Positions 20,198 through 29,147 of a stretch of DNA of 39,359 bases are shown in pieces. Positions within the stretch are counted from its first letter, which is position 1, and each line of letters opens with the position of its first letter. This stretch comes from Candidatus Nanopelagicales bacterium (GTDB lineage Bacteria > Actinomycetota > Actinomycetes > S36-B12). The translations under genes and the position numbers were made by a program. The notes under the pieces are model-generated. The model worked only from the letters and a program-made list of their open reading frames with translations, was not told the origin of the DNA and did no database searches. The stretch is from contig JBIHZU010000002.1 in the NCBI GenBank assembly GCA_044240285.1, positions 1-39,359 on the forward strand, in the 5' to 3' direction.

Positions 20198-20899
20198 TTG
20201 AATATCCACACGACTCCGAGTCCTGATCGCGATGCCCCTGCAGGCTCGAAGCGGCGCTTGCGCAAGCCGCTGGTTGTGGGGGCCTGTGTGTCGGCAGCCA
20301 CGGTCGTCTGCGGCGGTCTGGTCTTCGTTGCGGGCCAAGCAGTCGCTGGCAATGGAAATCAGGCTATCCAACGGCCCGCTTACTACGCATGTGTGAACGC
20401 GAATGGCGACATGACTCTGACTACTCGAGATGCCTTCTGTGCCGCGGGAGATACGAAGTACACCTGGCGTGGTGCGGGAGCCAGTGGCCCCGCCGGACCG
20501 CAGGGTGACCGCGGGCGTCAAGGCCTCGCTGGTGCTGCTGGCCCTTCCGGTGCCGCTGGCCCTTCTGGTGCTGCTGGTCCTACGGGCCCCGCTGGTCCTA
20601 CGGGTCCTGCAGGCGTGTTGGGCGTCTACACGGTCACAAATTCCGGGACGCTCTACCCCCAAGGCGACTTTCGGTCGTTGACGGCCAGTTGCAACACGGG
20701 CCACTCAGTCTTGAGTGGTGGTTTCGATATGACGGGGAACCCCGGTGATGCGTGGATAAGTTCCGTCAAGGTTACGTCCAGCGCTCCCACCGTGGGTGTC
20801 GATGGTTGGACAGTCACTGTTGTCAGTAACATGCAGTTCATGGTGGCCGCTCCGTTGACAGTCACGGCAATCTGCTCACCAACACCACCGCCCGGTTAA
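20198..20899 (+). CDS. Membrane-anchored collagen-like triple-helix repeat protein
   Basis: TTG start 7 nt after GAGGGAG and an N-terminal TM/signal-anchor (LVVGACVSAATVVCGGLVFVAG). Fifteen uninterrupted G-X-Y triplets (GASGPAGPQGDRGRQGLAGAAGPSGAAGPSGAAGPTGPAGPTGPAG). The C-terminal domain (~95 aa) is beta-rich and contains Cys. Confidence 0.75.
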   Translation: MNIHTTPSPDRDAPAGSKRRLRKPLVVGACVSAATVVCGGLVFVAGQAVAGNGNQAIQRPAYYACVNANGDMTLTTRDAFCAAGDTKYTWRGAGASGPAGPQGDRGRQGLAGAAGPSGAAGPSGAAGPTGPAGPTGPAGVLGVYTVTNSGTLYPQGDFRSLTASCNTGHSVLSGGFDMTGNPGDAWISSVKVTSSAPTVGVDGWTVTVVSNMQFMVAAPLTVTAICSPTPPPG

Positions 20900-20911
20900 A
20901 CGACTGCTGAC

Positions 20912-21622
20912 TCAGCGTTTGCCCGCTCGTGCGAGAAAGCCGCGGACCTGTTCGCGGGCGTTTGTGCGGATCTCGGGCCCGTGGGTGAAGGCGGCAATCC
21001 GATAGTCAAGGTCAGCGAATACTGCTGCGCTTTGGGCGTTGAGCGCGGAGGATGTGCAGAATGCCGCGAAGGGCCACGCGAGCTTGGAGCGCATGTTGAA
21101 GATGGCATCACCCGTGATGAGCACTCCGCTGTCTTCGTGAAGCAGCGAGATGTGCCCGGGAGTGTGTCCTGGCGTATGAATCGCGCGAAGACCGCCAGCA
21201 ACCGGCAATATGTCGCCGTCACGCATCACGTGGTCGACACTCACTGGAGCGAATCCGCCTTTGTTAACGCGCGCGAAAATCCTGCCTGAAGTTGAGTCGT
21301 TGCCAAATGGTGGCGACATGCCTGCTTCGAGGAAATCTACATCTGCCTCATGTGCCGAAATGCCGGTCGCAGTGGTCTTCTCAATCATCTCCGCAGCACC
21401 ACCTGCGTGATCGTTGTGCGCATGTGTCAATACGATGCGCTGCACATCTTTGGGGTCCTTACCCATCTGAGCAAGCGCTTTGACGATCTTTGCTGGGGCG
21501 CGCTTGATGCCACAGTCCACCAGGGTCACCGAACCGTCTGCTTCGGTGAACGCAAAGGAGTTGATGTAGTCGCCCATCGTCGGAATTCGATGGACATGGG
21601 GAGCGAGAGTTACGACGGCCAT
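20912..21622 (-). CDS. MBL-fold metallo-hydrolase
   Basis: HAHNDHAGG (HxHxDH) and the downstream HTPGHTPGH motif. The start is taken at [10 protein letters not shown] (ATG 21620-21622), which overlaps the msrA 3' end by 13 nt. Confidence 0.85.
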   Translation of the reverse strand: MAVVTLAPHVHRIPTMGDYINSFAFTEADGSVTLVDCGIKRAPAKIVKALAQMGKDPKDVQRIVLTHAHNDHAGGAAEMIEKTTATGISAHEADVDFLEAGMSPPFGNDSTSGRIFARVNKGGFAPVSVDHVMRDGDILPVAGGLRAIHTPGHTPGHISLLHEDSGVLITGDAIFNMRSKLAWPFAAFCTSSALNAQSAAVFADLDYRIAAFTHGPEIRTNAREQVRGFLARAGKR

Positions 21623-22248
21623 GGCAGAGGCACGCCGGTTTGTGAATGACAGCGGTAACCATTGGGCACCTTGTAGAGATATTGCTGGTGGTATTCCTCG
21701 GCGTAGTAGAACGGGCGTCCTTCGGCAGGCACAATCTCTGTCGTGACGGTGCCGTATCCACGTTCGATCAATACTGGTTCGTAGGCGGCAGCGCTCTCCG
21801 CTGCAAGCACACTTTGCTCCTCGGTCGTCCAATAAAGGGCGCTGCGGTACTGACTGCCGACGTCATTGCCTTGGCGCATGCCTTGGGTTGGATCATGCTC
21901 TTGCCAGAAATGCTGCAGAAGTTCGGTCGTGGTGACCTTGGCGGGGTCAAATGCAACGAGTACTGCCTCAGTGTGTCCGGTGCGTCCGCTGCAGACTTCT
22001 TCGTAGGTCGGGTGCTGCGAAACTCCGCCCTGATAGCCAACCGCGGTAGTGAAAACTCCAGGGATGCGCCAGAAGATCTCCTCGGCGCCCCAGAAGCAAC
22101 CCATCCCGAAGTAGATAACCTCGAGGCCCGCGGGCCAAGGCTGATCCGGAATCTCGCGCATCGGTGAGCCCAGAACCGCGTGGTCAACGGCCAACAGGAA
22201 TGGGTAGTCGGGTCGTCCGGGCAGTGGATTGCTGGGAGTGAAGGTCAC
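21610..22248 (-). CDS. msrA: Peptide-methionine (S)-S-oxide reductase
   Basis: Catalytic [10 protein letters not shown] motif and GHTEAV...DPTQ downstream. Confidence 0.93.
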   Translation of the reverse strand: MTFTPSNPLPGRPDYPFLLAVDHAVLGSPMREIPDQPWPAGLEVIYFGMGCFWGAEEIFWRIPGVFTTAVGYQGGVSQHPTYEEVCSGRTGHTEAVLVAFDPAKVTTTELLQHFWQEHDPTQGMRQGNDVGSQYRSALYWTTEEQSVLAAESAAAYEPVLIERGYGTVTTEIVPAEGRPFYYAEEYHQQYLYKVPNGYRCHSQTGVPLPWPS

Positions 22249-22252
22249 CTGC

Positions 22253-23515
22253 TCATTCTGTCACCGTCGGCCGCCGGCGCAAGGTCTCTGGCATTGCGAG
22301 GGCCAAGATGAGCGCGATCACCATGATGACCAAGCCCATAGCGAATGCCCACTCGAAGTCGAAAGCGTCGACGAGTAGCCCGCCTAAGAGCGGTCCGATC
22401 ACGATGCCGAGGTCGGACATCATTTGGAAGAGTGAGACGACGAGGCCGCCGCGACTGTTGCCAATCACGTCACCGACCACAGCGGACGGCGCGGGCCCTA
22501 GGAATGCACTGCCAAGACCACTGATCGCCATGGCCACGAACAGCATCACCACGCCGAACACTGAATTGTGGCTGGGATCGTTGGACAGCAGATCGGACAA
22601 CGTGAGTGCGAGCATTGCCACTGCTGTGATGGACGTTCCGGCGATCATGACGATCCGACGCCCGCGAGTGTCAGTCCACCGACCCGCGGGGAGTAAGAGG
22701 ACGGCCTGTGCACCGGCGGCGACGAGGAATGCTGCTCCGGACAGTCCCGCAGATTGATTTAACCCCTCGATGATGAACAGGGGTACCAAGGCGGCACGAA
22801 GGCCGAAGGAGACCAGGCCACCGGCAAGATTTGCTGCTAGCGCGGCGATGTACGCCCGGTTGCGCAGCGCGATCTTCAGCTCCGGTAGACCCGATTTTGT
22901 CACGGGAACCTCAGGCTCGGTGGCTGTGTTGAGGCGAGCCATGCGTCGCGGATGCAAGAAGACAATGCATACGATTGCACCAAGTCCCAGTGATGCCGCG
23001 TAGACGAAGAATGGTGCGCGTAAGGAGATGGCAAGCACAAGTCCGCCGACGGCTGGGCCGGCAACTCCGCCGATGAGAAAACCACCTTGGTAGGCAGCGG
23101 ACGCACGTCCACGCTGCGGTGCATCGACGACTCGCAGGATGAGTGCCTGAGCGGCCACGGTGAACATGGATGATCCGACTCCGCCTACGGCCCGCATCAC
23201 AATCAAGTTGGTGTAGTCGGTTGCAAAGCCGGCAAGTGTGCTGGAGACCGCGACGATGATGAGGCCGGCGGCGATCGTCGTACGCTCACCGATTCGGCTC
23301 GTCAGCCAGCCGGCAAAGGGGGCACTGACGAAGCGCATGAGTGCGAATGCGGAGATGACAGCGGTGGCCGCGAAGGCAGATACACCGAAGGAGCGAGCAA
23401 AGATCGGGATTGCGGGCGCGAGAATCCCGAATCCGAGGGCCACGCAGAACGCGACGGCAGTCAGGACTGTGACCTCTGGCGGCAACTCACGCAGGAGGGG
23501 GATCCGATGCCGCAC
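22253..23515 (-). CDS. MFS transporter
   Basis: About 12 predicted hydrophobic helices and the loop 2-3 motif [14 protein letters not shown] start. The stop lies 4 nt before the msrA start. Confidence 0.85.
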   Translation of the reverse strand: MRHRIPLLRELPPEVTVLTAVAFCVALGFGILAPAIPIFARSFGVSAFAATAVISAFALMRFVSAPFAGWLTSRIGERTTIAAGLIIVAVSSTLAGFATDYTNLIVMRAVGGVGSSMFTVAAQALILRVVDAPQRGRASAAYQGGFLIGGVAGPAVGGLVLAISLRAPFFVYAASLGLGAIVCIVFLHPRRMARLNTATEPEVPVTKSGLPELKIALRNRAYIAALAANLAGGLVSFGLRAALVPLFIIEGLNQSAGLSGAAFLVAAGAQAVLLLPAGRWTDTRGRRIVMIAGTSITAVAMLALTLSDLLSNDPSHNSVFGVVMLFVAMAISGLGSAFLGPAPSAVVGDVIGNSRGGLVVSLFQMMSDLGIVIGPLLGGLLVDAFDFEWAFAMGLVIMVIALILALAMPETLRRRPTVTE

Positions 23516-23567
23516 CGCCCGAATCTATGCCTTCGGGCCAGTTGGCGATGATTCGACCACGCTGCCG

Positions 23568-24083
23568 ATGTATTTTGGCAGTATGACGACTTCAGGTGGC
23601 AATCTCCCCCCCGCAGGCTGGTACCCCGATCCCACCGATGCGACGCGCATCCGGTGGTGGGACGGTACCCAGTGGACCGACCAGTACCAGGCTTCGATCA
23701 CCGAGCAGTCTCCCGGCGAGATCGGGGCGGCCCCAGCGGCATACTCAGGTCCGCCAATTCTCGTGGTGACTACCAACGAGATCGTGGGCTATCGCATCAC
23801 TGCCGTACACGGTGAGGTGTTTGGACTGACCGTGCGCGCTCGCAATGCGTTCGCGAACATGGGCGCTTCCTTCCGCACCGTCTTTGGTGGCGAGGTCAAG
23901 GGCTACACCAAGCTCCTTGCCGACAGTCGCCTTGAGGCAGTCGATCGGCTTCGCATGTCGACGTATCAGGTCGGTGGCAATGCAGTCGTGGCGATGCGTT
24001 TTGACACCGGCGAGGTTGGCGATGTCATGAACGAGGTTGCCGCCTACGGCACAGCCGTGACAGTGGAGCGGATCGAAAGCTAA
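23568..24083 (+). CDS. DUF2510 + YbjQ (UPF0145) fusion protein
   Basis: N-terminal GWYPDPTDATRIRWWDGTQWTD (DUF2510-type) and a C-terminal YbjQ-like domain (GYRITAVHGEVFGLTVRARN...GGNAVVAMRFD). The start is ATG 23568 or 23583. The longer ORF from 23238 overlaps the MFS gene. Confidence 0.75.
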   Translation: MYFGSMTTSGGNLPPAGWYPDPTDATRIRWWDGTQWTDQYQASITEQSPGEIGAAPAAYSGPPILVVTTNEIVGYRITAVHGEVFGLTVRARNAFANMGASFRTVFGGEVKGYTKLLADSRLEAVDRLRMSTYQVGGNAVVAMRFDTGEVGDVMNEVAAYGTAVTVERIES

Positions 24084-24162
24084 GCGGCAGGGTGGCTCGT
24101 TTATCCCCAGCCAGCTGATGTGGGGCTTGGGAGATGTCCGACCTTCGGCTTATCGTCACGAT

Positions 24163-24648
24163 ATGAATCGGGACTCTCACCGGTCGGCGGTCTACGCCGC
24201 CGAAGATCAGATTGCCGCCTTGCTCGCGAGGGGCGGCGAGGTCGACTTCTTCGGCTCGTCCATCACCTTGCCGATTGAGCGTAGGTTTGCCGACGTACGG
24301 TCGATTCAGGCTTACGCCGACGCGGTCCTTGGGCTCCCAACCGTGCGGCGAGATTGGCCCACATGCGGGGCAGTCGCGGTTCGCGAGCGGGCGGGCTCGT
24401 CGCGTGCAACATACGAACGAGACGGTTCGGTCATCGCGATTCCGCTGGCCGGGCCGCCACCTCGTTGGGCGGGGCGTGAGTTAGTGGTCTTGCACGAAGT
24501 CGCCCACCATCTCGCGTATTCAAAGGATCGCGACATCGCGGCGCATGGCCCGGAGTTCATCGCGACAATGGGCGTGCTTGTGGAGATCGTTATTGGTCCA
24601 GAAGTCGCGCTCGTGCTGCGTGCAGCATTCGATGGGGTGGGCGTATGA
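24163..24648 (+). CDS. HExxH-motif putative metallohydrolase (SprT-like; resembles the actinobacterial TIGR04338-type family)
   Basis: LVVLHEVAHHL zinc-binding motif and the N-terminal SAVYAAEDQ motif. About 161 aa. The family assignment is from memory. Confidence 0.6.
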   Translation: MNRDSHRSAVYAAEDQIAALLARGGEVDFFGSSITLPIERRFADVRSIQAYADAVLGLPTVRRDWPTCGAVAVRERAGSSRATYERDGSVIAIPLAGPPPRWAGRELVVLHEVAHHLAYSKDRDIAAHGPEFIATMGVLVEIVIGPEVALVLRAAFDGVGV

Positions 24649-25460
24649 AGCACCTCGACCGCATTGCAGCCCTGCTTGCGAAGGCCGAGCGCACTGACAA
24701 CCCAATAGAAGCAGAGCTCTACCTCGCCAAGGCCCAAGCGCTCGCCACTCAAGCGAGTGTTGACTTAGCAGTGGCGCGTGCACGCATTGCAAAGCGCGAA
24801 GCACGTGAGCAGCCCACAAATAAGACGATTCACATTGGTGAGCCAGCTCAACGGGCTAATCGCCATCTCGTGGCACTCTTCTTATCGATCGGGCACTGCA
24901 ATGCGCTCAAGGTCGACATTGCGCACAACTCCACATATGTCATTGCCTATGGGATGCCCAGCGACATCGAGGTGTGCGAGACGCTCTACGCCTCGCTCGC
25001 GACACAAATGGCGACGAGTGCCACTTTATGGCTCAAGCGTGGGGAGTGGCGCGGTGATCGATATCGGTCGCGCGAGGGATACGCGAAGGAGCACACCTCG
25101 CAAACTGCGCGTGCCGCCTTTTACGCCGCATTCATCGAGCGCATCGCACAACGATTGCGTGAAGCTTACGAGCAGGAGGTTGTGCGTCAGTCACAACGAG
25201 TCGTGGACATCGCGCCCGAGGAGTTCGGGGCTGTGACCGGGCAAAAGGTCACTGGTGAGTTGGTGTTGAGAGCCAAGGAGGTCGAGGTACGCGACTTCTA
25301 TCGCTCCTCATCAAAAGCGCGTGGTCGGTGGACGGGCTACTCCGGGTCGGTCAGCCGCCAAGGCGGAGCCGCATCATTGGCAGGTCGTGAGGCAGCTGCG
25401 CGTGCGCGGCTCGGTTCGAGTCGTGAGGTCACCTCAAAGGGTCCGGGGTTATCGGCCTGA
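24645..25460 (+). CDS. DUF2786-domain protein
   Basis: N-terminus IAALLAKAERTDNPIEAELYLAKAQALA is characteristic of DUF2786. ATG overlaps the stop of the HExxH gene (ATGA). Confidence 0.65.
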   Translation: MKHLDRIAALLAKAERTDNPIEAELYLAKAQALATQASVDLAVARARIAKREAREQPTNKTIHIGEPAQRANRHLVALFLSIGHCNALKVDIAHNSTYVIAYGMPSDIEVCETLYASLATQMATSATLWLKRGEWRGDRYRSREGYAKEHTSQTARAAFYAAFIERIAQRLREAYEQEVVRQSQRVVDIAPEEFGAVTGQKVTGELVLRAKEVEVRDFYRSSSKARGRWTGYSGSVSRQGGAASLAGREAAARARLGSSREVTSKGPGLSA

Positions 25461-26867
25461 ACGTCTGCGCAAGGTCACCGGAAGTCCGCCCTTTGGCCGC
25501 AACGTGACAGCGGGCTGCGGTTCGACCGCGTGGCCCTGCTGCAGTTGGGGTTCCCAGCGCTGCGCGAGAGTCGCCAAGATGAGTTGCGCCTCGGTCCACG
25601 CGAACTGCTCGCCAATGCAACGACGGTTGCCCCAACCAAATGGGAACCATGCTCCCCGCGGTTGTCCTGGATTGGTCTCACTAAACGCGCCATCTGCTCC
25701 GATCCATCGTTGTGGTCGGAAGGCGAGTGGTGAGTCCCACCAGCGTGGGCTTCGCTGCAGCGCGTACTGGCTCGAGAGCACCATTGCCCCACGAGGCACC
25801 AGCCACTTACCGAGCGTGAGATCCTCGAGTACCCGTCGGCCCATGCTCCACGCCGGTGGGTACATACGCATAGATTCTGCGATGACCGCATGAGTGCGCG
25901 GCAGTGCGCCAAGATCCTCGAAACCCGGTGCGCGTCCGGCAAGCTCCGAGTCGAGCTCTTCATGGAGCCACTCGGCGACCTGAGGGTTACGAGCAAGCAA
26001 CATCCACGTCCATGACATGGCCATGGCAGTTGTTTCGTGCCCTGCAAGGACAAGTGTCATCGCTTCGTCGCGTACCTGCTCGTCGCTCATGCCCTCGCCA
26101 TCTTCTTGAGCTGCGATAAGCAACGAGAGCATGTCGCCGGTGTCACCGCCACGTCGATGATCGTCGACCATGCGCTGCACGATGGCATCGAGGGCTGCGC
26201 TTGATTCCACCGATCTTCGTCGAGCAGGTGTCGGCAGGCGCAGAATTCCACCACCCATCATCAGGCGCGCGCCGGATCCGGTGAGTACTTCAGTTAGAGC
26301 AGTATTCATTTCTGCAGCGTCTGAGGTGAGGTCTGCCCCAAAAAGCGTCTCACCAACGATCGCGAGGGTGAGCGCACTCATGTCTTCGACCATGTCGAAT
26401 GTCGCGCCCTCCTTCCAGCGCTGTTCGTGACGTTGCGTGATCGCGGCCATTGTCTGGGCATACGACACGACGCGATCGCGATGGAAAGCCGGCTGTACGA
26501 GGCGCCGCTGGCGCAGGTGAAAGTCACCGTCGCTGGTGAGGAGTCCGGTGCCAAGAACGGCCTTGGCTCCTTGCAATGCGCGGCCCTTCATGTTGCCGCG
26601 AGAGTGGTTGAGGAAGAATTCCACAACGAATTCTGGGTCGTTGAGGATGTACAAGTGATCGCGCAGCATCCGCGTGTGTGCGATCTGTTCGTATTCACGT
26701 TCAACGGCGACGAAGTACCCGCAGATGTCTCCACCCGTAGCGAATCGGTAGGGGAGATCGGCGGCACGCGGGCCAAGTGGCCGCTCGATGTCACGACGGC
26801 GATCTACCGGGGAATCCACCTTGCTGCGCCGGAGTCGTTCAATGACTGCGTTTACCTGTCTCGCCAT
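25449..26867 (-). CDS. Cytochrome P450
   Basis: Heme loop FGWGNRRCIGEQFA, I-helix LAGHETT and ExxR (AESMR). The start is either ATG 26867 or GTG 26921 (undecided). The 3' end overlaps the DUF2786 gene by 12 nt (convergent). Confidence 0.88.
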   Translation of the reverse strand: MARQVNAVIERLRRSKVDSPVDRRRDIERPLGPRAADLPYRFATGGDICGYFVAVEREYEQIAHTRMLRDHLYILNDPEFVVEFFLNHSRGNMKGRALQGAKAVLGTGLLTSDGDFHLRQRRLVQPAFHRDRVVSYAQTMAAITQRHEQRWKEGATFDMVEDMSALTLAIVGETLFGADLTSDAAEMNTALTEVLTGSGARLMMGGGILRLPTPARRRSVESSAALDAIVQRMVDDHRRGGDTGDMLSLLIAAQEDGEGMSDEQVRDEAMTLVLAGHETTAMAMSWTWMLLARNPQVAEWLHEELDSELAGRAPGFEDLGALPRTHAVIAESMRMYPPAWSMGRRVLEDLTLGKWLVPRGAMVLSSQYALQRSPRWWDSPLAFRPQRWIGADGAFSETNPGQPRGAWFPFGWGNRRCIGEQFAWTEAQLILATLAQRWEPQLQQGHAVEPQPAVTLRPKGGLPVTLRRRSGR

Positions 26868-26925
26868 AGGTCCAGTCTGGCACCAATCCCGTGCCTGATC
26901 GCGTTGAACGTGTAGCGTCACGCAA

Positions 26926-27909
26926 GTGGGTGACGTAATTGAAGCCAGCGGCTTAGTGAAGCGCTATGGCGAAGTGGTGGCGCTTGACGGGCTTGACCTG
27001 CGCGTATCCGAAGGGACAGTCCTAGGTCTGTTAGGTCCCAACGGCGCGGGCAAGACGACCGCGGTGCGAGTGCTGGCCACCTTGCTCAAGCCAGATGCGG
27101 GCACAGCGAAAGTTGCTGGCCACGATGTGCGGACAAAACCCAATGCCGTGCGCAGATCGATCGGGCTGACGGGTCAGTACGCCGCCGTAGACGAGTACCT
27201 CACCGGTCGAGAGAACTTGCGAATGTTCGGTGGGCTCTACCACCTCAAGCCGGCCTACGTGAAGGCACGTACGGATGAGCTCTTAGAACGGTTCGATCTC
27301 ACGGCGGCGGCGAATCGTTCGCTGCGGACGTACTCAGGTGGAATGCGCCGCAGGCTCGACCTGGCCGCGAGCCTTATTGCCAAACCGCCCATCCTCTTTC
27401 TCGACGAACCTACAACTGGTCTCGATCCAAGATCACGCCTTGGGCTCTGGCAGGTGATTCGCGATCTTGTGGCGGAAGGGACGACCGTTCTGCTCACGAC
27501 GCAGTACCTCGACGAGGCCGATCAGCTGGCCAACGAGATTGTCGTGATCGATAAGGGGCGCGTCATCGCCAAGGGCACTGCAGACATGCTGAAAGATCAG
27601 ATCGGTGGTGATCGCATTGAGATCACCATTGCGGACGTCGCCAAGGCGAATGCGGCAGCGGTGGCACTTCGTTCGGTGAGCACCGGCGAAGTGAGCATTG
27701 AAGATGATCGTCTTTCCGCTCCGGTGAGTGGTGGCTCTACTGTCCTTGTTGATGCGATTCGAGCTCTTGACGCACAAGATGTGGCGGTGACCGATCTCGT
27801 ACTTCGTCGACCCACGCTTGACGATGTCTTCCTATCTCTCACTGGGCACGCAGCCGAAGAGGATAATTCACCGCCACCCCCAAGTCGTCGTCGTGGAAGG
27901 GGGCAGTGA
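26926..27909 (+). CDS. ABC transporter ATP-binding protein (DrrA-like)
   Basis: Walker A GPNGAGKTT, signature YSGGMRRRL, Walker B ILFLDEPTTGLD. Confidence 0.9.
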   Translation: MGDVIEASGLVKRYGEVVALDGLDLRVSEGTVLGLLGPNGAGKTTAVRVLATLLKPDAGTAKVAGHDVRTKPNAVRRSIGLTGQYAAVDEYLTGRENLRMFGGLYHLKPAYVKARTDELLERFDLTAAANRSLRTYSGGMRRRLDLAASLIAKPPILFLDEPTTGLDPRSRLGLWQVIRDLVAEGTTVLLTTQYLDEADQLANEIVVIDKGRVIAKGTADMLKDQIGGDRIEITIADVAKANAAAVALRSVSTGEVSIEDDRLSAPVSGGSTVLVDAIRALDAQDVAVTDLVLRRPTLDDVFLSLTGHAAEEDNSPPPPSRRRGRGQ

Positions 27910-28748
27910 TGACCACCGGTGCACCAGAGATTATGAAGCGGCCAATCATTGGCTGGGGGCTGCATGACGGACTTGTCGTAGCGCGTCGAAATCTAATTCA
28001 GACCATTCGGGTGCCGGAGTTGCTGTTCTTCTCACTCGTACAGCCGGTCATCTTTGTGTTGTTGTTTGCCTATGTCTTCGGTGGAGCTATTCCGATCCCG
28101 GGTGATGATGGCGCAAGCGCCTATCGGGAGTACCTGATGCCGGGCATCTTCGGACAGACAGTGGCCTTTGCAGCCGCTGCCAGCACAGTGGGCTTGGCGG
28201 AAGACATGAAGCGCGGGCTGATAGATCGTTTCCGCGCCCTTCCAATGTCCAGCGGCGCAGTGCTCTTCGGGCGGACGGTGGCAGACACGCTGCGCCAAGT
28301 CCTAGTGCTCACCGTGTTGTCGATCACGGGGCTCCTCGTGGGGTGGCGCATCAACAATGGAATCTTCAACGCGATCCTCGCTTATCTGCTCCTCCTGCTG
28401 TTTGCCTACACCGTGGCTTGGATTGGTTCTTGGATTGGTTTGAAGGTGCCTAATCCAGAGACGGCAAGCACCGCTGGCCTGATCTGGCTCTTCCCCCTAA
28501 CCTTCTTGTCCAATGCATTTGTGCCGATTTCATCAATGCCGGGGTGGCTTCAAGTCGTTGCGGCATGGAACCCGGTCTCGTCGGTTGTTTTGGCTGCCCG
28601 AGAACTCTTTGGCAATCCCACTGGCATTCCTTCGACAGCATGGCCAATGCAGCATGCGGCGCTCTACACGTTGATCTCATGTGCAGTGCTCATTGCGATC
28701 TTTGCGCCGCTGGCAATTAGGAAGTACCGCAGCACGACGAGTCGTTAA
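27906..28748 (+). CDS. ABC-2 type transporter permease (DrrB-like)
   Basis: About six hydrophobic helices. The start (GTG 27906 or ATG 27909) overlaps the ATPase stop. The protein ends ...FAPLAIRKYRSTTSR*. Confidence 0.85.
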   Translation: MMTTGAPEIMKRPIIGWGLHDGLVVARRNLIQTIRVPELLFFSLVQPVIFVLLFAYVFGGAIPIPGDDGASAYREYLMPGIFGQTVAFAAAASTVGLAEDMKRGLIDRFRALPMSSGAVLFGRTVADTLRQVLVLTVLSITGLLVGWRINNGIFNAILAYLLLLLFAYTVAWIGSWIGLKVPNPETASTAGLIWLFPLTFLSNAFVPISSMPGWLQVVAAWNPVSSVVLAARELFGNPTGIPSTAWPMQHAALYTLISCAVLIAIFAPLAIRKYRSTTSR

Positions 28749-28790
28749 GTACGTCTGGGCAACTACCGCTAGCGGGGAAGTTCCCCGTAC

Positions 28791-28983
28791 CGGTTCCGCA
28801 GGCCTGTTCGCCAGCCTGTGCTCCGAGCTTGTACTCCGAGCTTGTACTCCGAGCTTGTACTCCGAGCCCGTTCTCCAGCCCTTCACTCCGGCCCGTTCTC
28901 CAGCCCTTCACTCCGGCCCGTTCTCCAGCCCTTCACTCCGGCCCGTTCTCCAGCCCTTCACTCCGGCCTGTTCTCCAGGCCCA
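28791..28983. repeat. Non-coding tandem array with 12/13/25-bp periodicity
   Basis: Four perfect 25-mers cccgttctccagcccttcactccgg at 28867-28966. They are preceded by three perfect 13-mers (ctccgagcttgta, 28821-28859) and by degenerate 12/13-mers from 28791. A partial unit follows at 28967-28983. Confidence 0.9.
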
Positions 28984-29001
28984 ATTCTCTTGCACCCCCG
29001 T

Positions 29002-29118
29002 AGTTGCTGACTTGTGGCAGTTGGTTTTTCCCAGTTGCTGACTTGTGGCAATTTTCGGAGGTCAAAAAGTTGCCACAACTCAGCAACTGCAAATTCTCGG
29101 TTGCCACAACTCAGCAAC
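29002..29118. repeat. Repeat cassette A: four 17-18-bp sites, two direct then two inverted
   Basis: agttgctgacttgtggca at 29002-29019 and 29033-29050. ttgccacaactcagcaac at 29070-29087 and 29101-29118, which is the reverse complement apart from the central base. Site centres are 31, 37 and 31 bp apart. Confidence 0.9.
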
Positions 29119-29147
29119 AAAGGGTGGAGACTGCCGATAATCGTTAC

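Noticed and set aside
26868-26921. P450 start at GTG 26921, only 4 nt from the divergent ABC gene start.
   Set aside because: Not excluded. ATG 26867 leaves a more plausible 58-bp divergent promoter region, and the extra 18 residues (MTLHVQRDQARDWCQTGP) are not P450-like. The shorter model was kept, with the uncertainty noted.
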